The notes under the pieces: model-generated | Seen by the model: only the letters and a program-made list of their open reading frames with translations | Database searches by the model: none | What the model was told of the DNA's origin: nothing | In this document: positions 38,484 through 46,027 of the stretch, piece by piece | How positions within the stretch are numbered: position 1 is the first letter of the stretch | Layout: every line of letters begins with the position of its first letter | Source of the DNA: Sporichthyaceae bacterium | GTDB lineage: Bacteria > Actinomycetota > Actinomycetes > JACCUZ01 | NCBI GenBank assembly: GCA_031365725.1 | Contig: JANLYQ010000060.1 | Span: forward strand, 19,073-83,072 | Reading direction: 5' to 3' | DNA length: 64,000 bases | Made by a program: the position numbers and the translations under genes

Positions 38484-39586
38484 CCGACACCCAACCTGGC
38501 GACCCAGCCGTCGCAACCACGCAGCTGCGGAAGGCGACGATCCTTCTAGACAGCAACCGGCCCCGCGAGGCTGCCGCTCTCGCCTCGCGGGCCATCGCCT
38601 CCGAGCCGTCCGATCCGCGCGGGTGGATCATGCTCGCCCGGTGCTACGAATCGCTGCAGGACCTCCCGCGAGCACTCGAGACAGCGAATCGGGCGATCGG
38701 CATCGACCCGAGCGACCCGGACCCCCACTTGGTTGCGAGCCGGGTTCTTCGCCTTCAGGGAAACACCCGCGAGGCTGTCCGGGCAGGGCAAGAAGCCGTA
38801 CACCTCGCGCCGATGAACGCCGTGGCACACGCCACCCTGGCTACGGCACTGGCATCACAGGGCGGCCAGGCAGCCCTGTTCGGTCTTGGCCTGCCGCGCG
38901 ACACGCGGGTCGCCGCCGAACACGCACGCCATGCGATGGCGCTGGCACCGACCAGCACAACAGGGCATTTCGCCGCCGGCTTCGTTGCTGCCGCATCGGG
39001 ACGCCCGCGTCAAGCCCGCGCGCACTATCGCCGAGTGCTCATCCTGAACCCGCAGAGCGCCCCGGCGATCAACAACCTCGCAGCACTCGACATGAGAAGT
39101 GGCCGACTCGTGCGCAGTGGCTCCGGGTTCGCCCGAGCCCTCGTTGCCGATCCACGGCTAAGCCTGGCGAGACGCAACGTGCGCGGCGCCGTACTCACAT
39201 GGCTCTGGCGATTCCACGTCCTGGCCTGGGTAATCTATGTCTGCTTCAGCGGCGTGATTGACAACGAGCCAGTCGTTCCCTTCACGCTGACCTGGAGCTC
39301 CCACGCCACGGTCGCCTGCTCGCTCGTCGGCATCTTCGCGGTCCTCGTAGCCGTCTCGTACTTGCGCATGGAGCCCAGCGTCCGCGCCTTCTTCAAGCGA
39401 TTGATAGCCGACAGCTGGAGCCTCAAGCTCGTCGCGCTGGCAGACCTAGCAACCATTGTGTGCTTCGTTGTCTCGACGCTCGGTCGGGGGCCGACCGCCA
39501 CCAATGTCAACCTCCTCGGCTTCTTGGCGATCGTGATATCCGTCGTTGGCCTCGCACGTTGCCGCTCTCGCCGTGAGCGCCCCTGA
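38480..39586 (+). CDS. TPR-repeat protein with a C-terminal 3-4 helix transmembrane anchor
   Basis: GTG at 38480 overlaps the AAA stop (GTGA). TPR-like helical repeats (ALETANRAIGIDPSDPDPHLVASRVLRLQGNTREAV...). Hydrophobic helices in the last 130 aa. Confidence 0.7.
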   Translation: MTDTQPGDPAVATTQLRKATILLDSNRPREAAALASRAIASEPSDPRGWIMLARCYESLQDLPRALETANRAIGIDPSDPDPHLVASRVLRLQGNTREAVRAGQEAVHLAPMNAVAHATLATALASQGGQAALFGLGLPRDTRVAAEHARHAMALAPTSTTGHFAAGFVAAASGRPRQARAHYRRVLILNPQSAPAINNLAALDMRSGRLVRSGSGFARALVADPRLSLARRNVRGAVLTWLWRFHVLAWVIYVCFSGVIDNEPVVPFTLTWSSHATVACSLVGIFAVLVAVSYLRMEPSVRAFFKRLIADSWSLKLVALADLATIVCFVVSTLGRGPTATNVNLLGFLAIVISVVGLARCRSRRERP

Positions 39587-39596
39587 ATACCGCTGA

Positions 39597-39740
39597 TGCA
39601 GGTCGGCGATCTACGCACACCTGTGGCCCGACTCGGAGGATCGCGCACGTGAGGCCGTCGACCGCGGTCTCGGCGCCAGGGGCGCCGACGCAAAGGCGAC
39701 CCAGATGCTTCGCGATATGGAGACGCTGCGCACCCGGTAG
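39597..39740 (+). pseudogene. C-terminal remnant of a tyrosine recombinase/integrase (catalytic-Tyr motif ...IYAHLWPDSEDRAREAVDRGL)
   Basis: Short open frame CRSAIYAHLWPDSEDRAREAVDRGLGARGADAKATQMLRDMETLRTR* with a stop 5 codons upstream. It matches the [TI]Y[AG]HL[FW]PD..D...A.D ending typical of actinobacterial integrases. Confidence 0.4.
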
Positions 39741-39786
39741 GTCGGCCGCGCTCGGTTAGCCAAGCCGAGGGGCTGGAGTCACGCCG

Positions 39787-40458
39787 TCAATCCCCCCGGA
39801 GCTGTTTTCCCCACGCAGCAAAGAAGTCGCGCATGGCCTTGCGCTGGGTGTCCGGCAGCGGCAACTCGTCATCGGCGAAACGGCTCAGGGTTGCGAACAT
39901 CTCTGCCAGGACTGTTTGGTCGAAGCCGAGATCGAGCTCCGCCGCGCGCTCGAGCAGTGTCGCCTTCGTGAAGTGAGCAGAGAGGGCGTACACGTCGGCG
40001 AAGTCGCGGGCTTCTGCCCGGCCGAACAAGGCAATGAGCTTTCTGCCGGCGAGCTCCTCCAGGGAGAAGGTCGGTCCGGCGGAGCTCGTCACGTCCGGAT
40101 CGAGAGGCGGAGAGTCAAGGGCCAGGTCGACGAGCAGCTCTTCGGGGCCGCTCAGCACGAGGCGGCAGAACGTCTCTGTGTCTTGCAGGATGCGTACGGC
40201 CCAGCCACGGCTGATCGCAGCCGTCACGAGTGAGTCGCGGGCGGTGGCCACGTCTCCGCCGCCGCGTCGGGTGAAGAAGTCGAGGTCCTGGGTGGGCCGC
40301 TCGGTCAGGTGGTGGGCTGCCAGGGCGGCGCCCCCCGCGAGCAGGAAACCTGCGCTGGCGGGCAGGGAAAAGAAGATCCGCGCGACCTCGAGCTGAAATG
40401 CGGTGAGCGCAGTCGGCTCATCGGTTCGCTGGCCGTCCCCTGCGTCGTCGACCGTCAC
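39787..40458 (-). CDS. nucleotidyltransferase of the AbiEii/MntA-like (DUF1814) toxin family
   Basis: GGxAL motif (FLLAGGAALAAHHL) and DLDFF catalytic motif. GTG start overlaps the upstream XRE gene stop (TAGTG). Confidence 0.6.
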   Translation of the reverse strand: MTVDDAGDGQRTDEPTALTAFQLEVARIFFSLPASAGFLLAGGAALAAHHLTERPTQDLDFFTRRGGGDVATARDSLVTAAISRGWAVRILQDTETFCRLVLSGPEELLVDLALDSPPLDPDVTSSAGPTFSLEELAGRKLIALFGRAEARDFADVYALSAHFTKATLLERAAELDLGFDQTVLAEMFATLSRFADDELPLPDTQRKAMRDFFAAWGKQLRGD

Positions 40459-40979
40459 TAGTCCTCGACACCGTCGGTGGCCGCCGCGATCACTGGCGTC
40501 CAAGCCTCGCGAATCTCGCGGGGCAGAACTATCTCGGGCCACAGGTCGACGAGCAGCGCTCCGTCGACGTAGGCGGCGAGGTCGTCCGGGCCACCTTCAC
40601 GCAGCACGATCTCGTACGCGCGCGCCCGTTGCGCCCGATCGGCCAGCCGGAAGGTGCGTCGTGGCTCCGACCAGTTCAGGTGCAGGGGGAGCACGACGGT
40701 GGCCAGCGCCCTGTTGACAGGAAGACGACCGAGTCGCGAGGGAACCCAGATCGACCGGCCTCGGGTCATGAGCCGCTCGACGTAGTTGATCCGCGGGCTC
40801 GTGGTCAGCTCGAAGCCGGCCTCGCGAAGCAGCCGCTCGGCAGTGTCGAGCCCCGGTGATTTGCGTCCGTGCTCGTAGGCAGACAGCGTCGTCCGCGACG
40901 TACCGGCGCGCCGGGCGAGCTCGTCCTGGCTCAAGCCCGCACTGCGTCTCGCGTTCTTGATCAGGCCTGCGGCTGGCAT
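40458..40979 (-). CDS. XRE-family HTH transcriptional regulator (putative antitoxin) with a C-terminal extension
   Basis: Cro/C1-type HTH (LIKNARRSAGLSQDELARRAGTSRTTLSAYEHGRKSP). Coupled to the downstream nucleotidyltransferase. Confidence 0.7.
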   Translation of the reverse strand: MPAAGLIKNARRSAGLSQDELARRAGTSRTTLSAYEHGRKSPGLDTAERLLREAGFELTTSPRINYVERLMTRGRSIWVPSRLGRLPVNRALATVVLPLHLNWSEPRRTFRLADRAQRARAYEIVLREGGPDDLAAYVDGALLVDLWPEIVLPREIREAWTPVIAAATDGVED

Positions 40980-40994
40980 ACTTCTCTCCCCTAG

Positions 40995-41010
40995 ATGTAT
41001 CCGATAGGAT
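40995..41010. promoter_or_regulatory. inverted repeat GTATCC-N4-GGATAC 16 nt upstream of the XRE gene start (candidate autoregulatory operator)
   Basis: GTATCCGATAGGATAC is seen directly. Confidence 0.4.
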
Positions 41011-41167
41011 ACCCTACTGCGTCGTGGCGACACTGACGAGTTCGAGGTGTCGGCCGCCGCCGGAGCCGATCGTCATCGGGCACGCCTCTTTGCTGTGACG
41101 GCCCAAGGACGGCCCAGCCATTCTCCCCGAACCTAAAACCGGAGGTCAGCGGCCTAATTGGGCCATC

Positions 41168-41200
41168 ATGGACTGTTCCCGGCTTACAGGCCGACTCGTC
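41168..41200 (+). repeat. right copy of the 33-bp direct repeat of the rnpB 3' end (attR-like)
   Basis: Identical to 37031..37063. Flanks diverge immediately on both sides. Confidence 0.85.
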
Positions 41201-41269
41201 CGCCGCCTGTTGCCTGTGCTCGCCGGAATGCGCCAAGGTCCGAAACAGCGCCCCGACCTGCGGATCGGG

Positions 41270-42367
41270 TCAGGTGCAGCGGAACACCGCCCGCCCCTGG
41301 GCGGTGCTTGCCTGCTGGACAGCGAGAACGTCTCGCATGACATCGAGCACCTCGGCAAGCGGCAGCGGCGCCTTGGACACCCTGAGGTGGGGGTTGGTGA
41401 CTGCCACGGGATGCCACCAGGCGCCGTCCACCGTCAGGGTCGGCTCGGGTTCGACCGTGTCGATGGTGACCGGCACCCCTTCTACGGCAAAGCCTTCCTC
41501 GGCGACCGGCCGGACCAGGCGGTGCTCGGGCGGGATGCCGATGGCGTCGAGTGCGACGTGCAGGGCCTCGGCGTGGGCGACGTCAGCCGGGTGCAGCGTG
41601 GCCGCGACCCGGATCGAGAACCCGAGATCGCGGGCGAGCCGGATGCCGGCCATGGCTTTGGCGTGTGAGCCCGCTCCCCGCTGCCTGTCGTGCAGCTCGG
41701 GTCCGGCGGAGTCCAGGCTCACCTGAAGCGTGATCGCTGTGCGGTCGAGGGACTCCAGCGCAGCCCGCCGAGCGCCTTGATGGAACACCATCGCGTTGGT
41801 CAGCAGAGTTACCGGCACCTGGGCCGAGACCCGTGCGAGCAGCGGCGCGATGTCCGGATGCAGGAACGGCTCTCCGCCGGTGACCAGCAGTTCGCGCCCA
41901 CCCTGGGCGACGAACTCGCGGGTCGCGGTGACGGCCATCTCGACCGGCATCAAGCGAGCGGTCGCCTTCGGGGACGACGCAGCGCAGCAGTAGCCGCAGG
42001 AGAGGTTGCAGTGGAAGTTGGAGTACAACCACAGGCGGCTGCCCAGCGGCACGGCGGAGCCCTGGGTGAACGCGAGGGAGCCCCGCGGCGGGGCTGGTTT
42101 GCCGCGCCGGACGAGCAGTCGCCAGGGCCCGGAGCCGTCGCCGGCCACGTCGAGGAGGTCGTGACCCGCCAGCCGCGCCCAGGAGGGGAGATCCGCGAGC
42201 ACCGAGGGCTCCCGGGTGTGCAGCAGCAGGATCTCGCCGGGCGGGATGCGCCGGATCGCCGAGGTGATCGCGAGCAGCAACCCGCTACCGCAGTCCATGT
42301 CACCGCCGTCGAACTCGGCGGCCGGCGAGGCGAGGGCGCGGTCCTCGCCGCCGACGGTGGGACGCAC
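41270..42367 (-). CDS. fusion protein: N-terminal TusA-like sulfur-carrier domain + radical SAM domain (CxxxCxxC)
   Basis: N-terminus FDGGDMDCGSGLLLAI...PPGEILLL...DLPSWARLAGHDLL is a TusA-like fold. It is followed by CNLSCGYC and GGEPFLHPD radical SAM motifs. No SPASM/auxiliary cluster cysteines. Putative GTG start at 42367, 2 nt after the DsrE-like stop. Confidence 0.7.
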   Translation of the reverse strand: MRPTVGGEDRALASPAAEFDGGDMDCGSGLLLAITSAIRRIPPGEILLLHTREPSVLADLPSWARLAGHDLLDVAGDGSGPWRLLVRRGKPAPPRGSLAFTQGSAVPLGSRLWLYSNFHCNLSCGYCCAASSPKATARLMPVEMAVTATREFVAQGGRELLVTGGEPFLHPDIAPLLARVSAQVPVTLLTNAMVFHQGARRAALESLDRTAITLQVSLDSAGPELHDRQRGAGSHAKAMAGIRLARDLGFSIRVAATLHPADVAHAEALHVALDAIGIPPEHRLVRPVAEEGFAVEGVPVTIDTVEPEPTLTVDGAWWHPVAVTNPHLRVSKAPLPLAEVLDVMRDVLAVQQASTAQGRAVFRCT

Positions 42368-42369
42368 GG

Positions 42370-42729
42370 TCAGAACGACAACGATGCGGCGCCGTCGGCC
42401 AGCAGCGCAACCAGGGTGGCACCCCCTACGATCGTCGCCCCCTTGATCAGGTTGTCGGCACCGATGCCGCGCTTCTTGGCGCACGGGCTGCACACCAGGA
42501 AACTCCCGCCGGCGTCCACGAAGGACGAGACCAACTCGGCCATGGGCGCGAACCCGTCCTCGTGCAGCGTGTCGGCTATGCCCTGCTGCGCCAGCCGAGT
42601 GCCCTCGGACGAGAGGAAGACGGTGGTCGTCTGGTTCGAGGCTGCGGCTGCGCCCGCTACCACCATCGCGACACTGGTGCGGTCGGGGTCGTCGACGGAG
42701 TGGGTGAGGTTGATGACCAGGCCGTTCAT
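42370..42729 (-). CDS. DsrE/DsrF-like family protein
   Basis: MNGLVINLTHSVDDPDRTSVAMVVAGAAAA...FLVCSPCAKKRG. ATGA overlap with the upstream TusA-like gene. Confidence 0.65.
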   Translation of the reverse strand: MNGLVINLTHSVDDPDRTSVAMVVAGAAAASNQTTTVFLSSEGTRLAQQGIADTLHEDGFAPMAELVSSFVDAGGSFLVCSPCAKKRGIGADNLIKGATIVGGATLVALLADGAASLSF

Positions 42730-43067
42730 GGGCGGGTCTCCTTGCTGTGAGAGGTCGCTTCGGGCGGGGTGTTCAGCCGCCATGGGTCGGTGGCCTTCGT
42801 CAGGTGCGGGGAGGCGGTGGTCTGCACGTCGTAGTAGGGCCGCTCATCGGCTCCCAGTCCGCGCGCGAGATATCGGTGCCCCGTCAGGTGACACCAGGCT
42901 GGCAGGTCGAGGGGGGCGGCCGGGTCGGTGGCCACCAGCCGGATGACCGAGCCGGGAGGCAGCGGTCGCAGCCGCCGGGCCAGCACGAGCAGCAGCTCGC
43001 CGCACGCTTTGTCCCCACCGTCAACGATGACGATGGGCTCGTCATGGTCCCGGGCGGTGCTGGTCAC
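42726..43067 (-). CDS. TusA-like sulfurtransferase-family small protein
   Basis: IVIVDGGDKACGELLLVLARRL...GSVIRLVATDPAAPLDLPAWCHLTGHRYL. Paralogous to the N-terminal domain of the radical SAM fusion. GTGA overlap with the DoxX stop. Confidence 0.6.
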   Translation of the reverse strand: MTSTARDHDEPIVIVDGGDKACGELLLVLARRLRPLPPGSVIRLVATDPAAPLDLPAWCHLTGHRYLARGLGADERPYYDVQTTASPHLTKATDPWRLNTPPEATSHSKETRP

Positions 43068-44029
43068 GCGTGCAAGGTTTCTCGGGTGCTCGGCTGATGC
43101 CTGCTCGAGCCGAGCCGCCCGGCTGTGACGCTGCTGACCACCGCGGCGCAGAGGAAGAGCGCGGCGGAGGTGTTGGAGCCGCCGAGCCACACGTCGGTGC
43201 GGCTCAGCTGGGCGTACAGGGTGACGGCCGCAAGAGCAGCGACGACGGCGGCTCCCCACGCGAACTCGCGCCGCCTCAGCGCCGCCGCGAGCAGCATCAG
43301 GACCGCGACTGCACCGAGCACGAGGGCGCCGAGGAGGTTGTAGCTGCCCAGCGACACCGACAGCCCCGTGCCCTCGAGCGTGGTACCCCGAGACGCTAGG
43401 AAGTCCTCCCCGGCAGAGCGCGTGACCGCCCACAGCGCCGTCAGGGCCAGGACCGCTCCCCAGCCCCCCACCAGGCGTCGGGCCGTGTCCGCGCCGCGGC
43501 CGGCGATCGACGCGCCGCGCACCGCGTCCACAGCCGCGACGCTCCCCGCGGCGGTCAGCAGCAGCACCACGTGGATGCCGATGAGCATCCAGTAGGACCA
43601 CGGCCATTCGCCCGGGGTCCGGGCTACGGACAGCCCGATGGCGAGCGACTGCGCGACCCCAAGCAGTGCAGCGAGGCGAACCAACGTCCCGGTCAGGAGC
43701 AGCACTGCGAGCGCCGTCTCGGCGGCCAGCACGCCGTAGCCGAAGGGCGTGAAGTGGGGGAGCACGAGATGCTCCACCAGCCAGCTGTAGGGCGGGAACA
43801 CCGGATGGTCCACGGCGTCCTTCGTGAAGCGGTACAGCCCGCGATCAGCTGCCTTGCCGAAGTCTGGCGGACGCTTCCAGACCACGTTGAACAGCCACAG
43901 CGCTCCGACCAGGATGCGCAGGCCGGCGAGAGCGACGGCCCCTCCACGCGTGAGGGGGTCGACGGCCGGGCGCAGCAACCAGGAGACGGCGACCTTGAAA
44001 CTGCTGGACACCCTTGTCACGGTCGCCAT
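43064..44029 (-). CDS. DoxX-family membrane protein
   Basis: LRILVGALWLF...W.K DoxX signature and 4+ TM helices. 321 aa. Confidence 0.7.
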   Translation of the reverse strand: MATVTRVSSSFKVAVSWLLRPAVDPLTRGGAVALAGLRILVGALWLFNVVWKRPPDFGKAADRGLYRFTKDAVDHPVFPPYSWLVEHLVLPHFTPFGYGVLAAETALAVLLLTGTLVRLAALLGVAQSLAIGLSVARTPGEWPWSYWMLIGIHVVLLLTAAGSVAAVDAVRGASIAGRGADTARRLVGGWGAVLALTALWAVTRSAGEDFLASRGTTLEGTGLSVSLGSYNLLGALVLGAVAVLMLLAAALRRREFAWGAAVVAALAAVTLYAQLSRTDVWLGGSNTSAALFLCAAVVSSVTAGRLGSSRHQPSTRETLHA

Positions 44030-44589
44030 CTCCTCGATCGGCCTGAATCGTGCGCGATGTCGTCTCCCAAAGCAACCCCGTTGCCGGCTGACGATGACCT
44101 AGACCGAGCCGAGGTCGCAACCTTCCGGCGTACAACAGGCGGACGCACCAGGGCAGTGGTGACGACAGCGATGGCCAGAACCCACAAGAAGATGGCCGTG
44201 AGATGCGTGTGCAGCGCAGCGCCGTCGTACATGGTGACGCCTACGCTGGTCAGCGCGAGTGCTACCAGTCCGAGTGACGCCGGGTGCTGGCGGCGCAGGG
44301 CGAGCAGCACGAGAGCGGCCGGGGCGACGTACCAGAGCACGCTGAGGGTGCCGAGTGCCCGGATGTCGGCACTGATCGAGTCGGTGCCGGGCAGCAGCGC
44401 GACCGTCCGCCGGAAGAACATCGACGCGCAGTGGAGCGCCAGGCCGGCGAGTCCCAGACCACCGACGAGGGCCTCCGCTGCTGACATCTGCCGGGCTGCT
44501 CTGCGCAGCGGGAGGGCGGGTATGACCAGCCGCACCAGCACGGCCAGCGCCACCACGGCGGCGAGGCTGATGAGGTAGGAGCGGGACAC
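44017..44589 (-). CDS. hypothetical integral membrane protein (first gene of the DoxX-TusA-DsrE-rSAM operon)
   Basis: 190 aa with multiple TM helices. Overlaps the DoxX gene start by 13 nt. Confidence 0.5.
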   Translation of the reverse strand: MSRSYLISLAAVVALAVLVRLVIPALPLRRAARQMSAAEALVGGLGLAGLALHCASMFFRRTVALLPGTDSISADIRALGTLSVLWYVAPAALVLLALRRQHPASLGLVALALTSVGVTMYDGAALHTHLTAIFLWVLAIAVVTTALVRPPVVRRKVATSARSRSSSAGNGVALGDDIAHDSGRSRRWRP

Positions 44590-44598
44590 GGCGTCAGG

Positions 44599-45930
44599 CT
44601 AACTGTCGGCGATGGCCAGGAGCCGACCGTCGGTGACGCCGACGATCAGCGCGCCGTCGGCAGTCAAGGCGGGATAGGAGTCGACGGTGGCGCCGGTGTC
44701 CAGCTGCCACAGCAGACGACCGGCCCGGTCGACGCCATAGATGAAACCCTGTCTCGTCCCGACGTACGTGCGATGGTCGACGTCGCTGAGCACTGCCGTC
44801 CAGATGCCGATGCTACGTCGCGACGGGCGACGTTGCGTTCCGGCGAAGCGGAAGATCAGTCGGCCGGTCACCGCATCGAGACCCGTGATCTGGTTGGCGT
44901 GGTCCCCGAAGTACACGACACCGTCCGCCGTCACTCCTGGCGAGGAGTACGTCCAATGACCGCGCCGGAACCGCCATCGCACCTGCCCGGTCGCGGGGTC
45001 CAGGCCGTACTCGTACGGATCGTTGGTCCCGATGACGACAGTCCCGTCCGGCGCGACAGCCGGGCTGACCTCGACGATCTCGGTGGGTGCTGTCGAGCGC
45101 CACAGCAGCGCACCGTGCCGTACGGCGACCACCCCGGAGAGCACGGACTGGTAGGTGGTCGACCCGTCGGCCGACAGGACTGGTGACCCGTAGGTCTGCT
45201 CGTGCAAGGCGACCTCCCACTGGACGGCCGGACCGGTGCCGGTCGGCTGCAGTCCGAGGAGGCGACCTGTCGCGTCCCCGACGACGACGTAGCCCGCCGC
45301 CGTCACCGCGGGCGAGGTGACCTGCCCGTCCAAGGGCAGCTGCCAGAGCAGCCGGCCCATGGGAGAGACCGCACGCAGTCGTTCACCCGGACCCGGCCAG
45401 AGCACGATGCCGTTCGGGAGGACGGCCGGGCTGGTGGAGAGATCCAGCCCGTAGCCGCCGCCACCGTCCAACGTCCATCGGTCCTTGCCGGTGCGGGGAT
45501 CGATGGCGTGCAGCACGCCGGCGTTGGTCGCTGCGTAGATCGTGCCGTCTGCCGCAACGACCGGCCCCGGTGTCACGTTGCCCTCGAGCCGGCGGGTCCA
45601 GCGGACCCGGCCGCTGACCGGCCCCTCGTGCTCGCTGCCGCCCGTGTGCTGTGCGTCGCGCAACGCTTGCGGCCACGCAGTCCACGACGCCGAAGCCGAC
45701 ACCGGATCGTGGCCGCGCAGGTGTCCCCCGAGGGCTATCGGCGGGGCAACAGGTGTCTCGCTCGACGATGGCCGAGTCTGCGTTGCCAAGCCCGGCGCGA
45801 CGACGCCGAGGAGCACGGCGCCAGCGAGCGCTGTTCCGGCGGAAAGGATCCATCGTTGGCGCACACACCCGAGTGTCGGCGCGATAGCCGGGCTGGGCGA
45901 GTTTCCCAAAGTTACGGATCTGTGACGCAT
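44599..45930 (-). CDS. PQQ-repeat beta-propeller protein, secreted or membrane-anchored
   Basis: Repeated GxxYxxxxxGxLxAxDxxTGxxxW propeller blades. ATG at 45930, then a signal/TM segment. Confidence 0.7.
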   Translation of the reverse strand: MRHRSVTLGNSPSPAIAPTLGCVRQRWILSAGTALAGAVLLGVVAPGLATQTRPSSSETPVAPPIALGGHLRGHDPVSASASWTAWPQALRDAQHTGGSEHEGPVSGRVRWTRRLEGNVTPGPVVAADGTIYAATNAGVLHAIDPRTGKDRWTLDGGGGYGLDLSTSPAVLPNGIVLWPGPGERLRAVSPMGRLLWQLPLDGQVTSPAVTAAGYVVVGDATGRLLGLQPTGTGPAVQWEVALHEQTYGSPVLSADGSTTYQSVLSGVVAVRHGALLWRSTAPTEIVEVSPAVAPDGTVVIGTNDPYEYGLDPATGQVRWRFRRGHWTYSSPGVTADGVVYFGDHANQITGLDAVTGRLIFRFAGTQRRPSRRSIGIWTAVLSDVDHRTYVGTRQGFIYGVDRAGRLLWQLDTGATVDSYPALTADGALIVGVTDGRLLAIADS

Positions 45931-46027
45931 GGTCACCAGGAGAGAACGGCTGCGCCGCCGCCGCCGCACTCCTAGGCTGGCTGGCGTCGACGGTCTGCCC
46001 CGGACCGGCCATGCTCGGAGGTCGCCA

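Larger units (their letters stand above)
37031..41200. mobile_element. putative degraded integrative islet at the 3' end of rnpB (about 4.1 kb) bounded by 33-bp direct repeats
   Basis: Direct repeats of the RNA-gene 3' end are the hallmark of site-specific integration. The cargo is the AAA+/TPR pair, a tyrosine-integrase C-terminal remnant and a toxin-antitoxin pair. No intact integrase is present. Confidence 0.45.
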
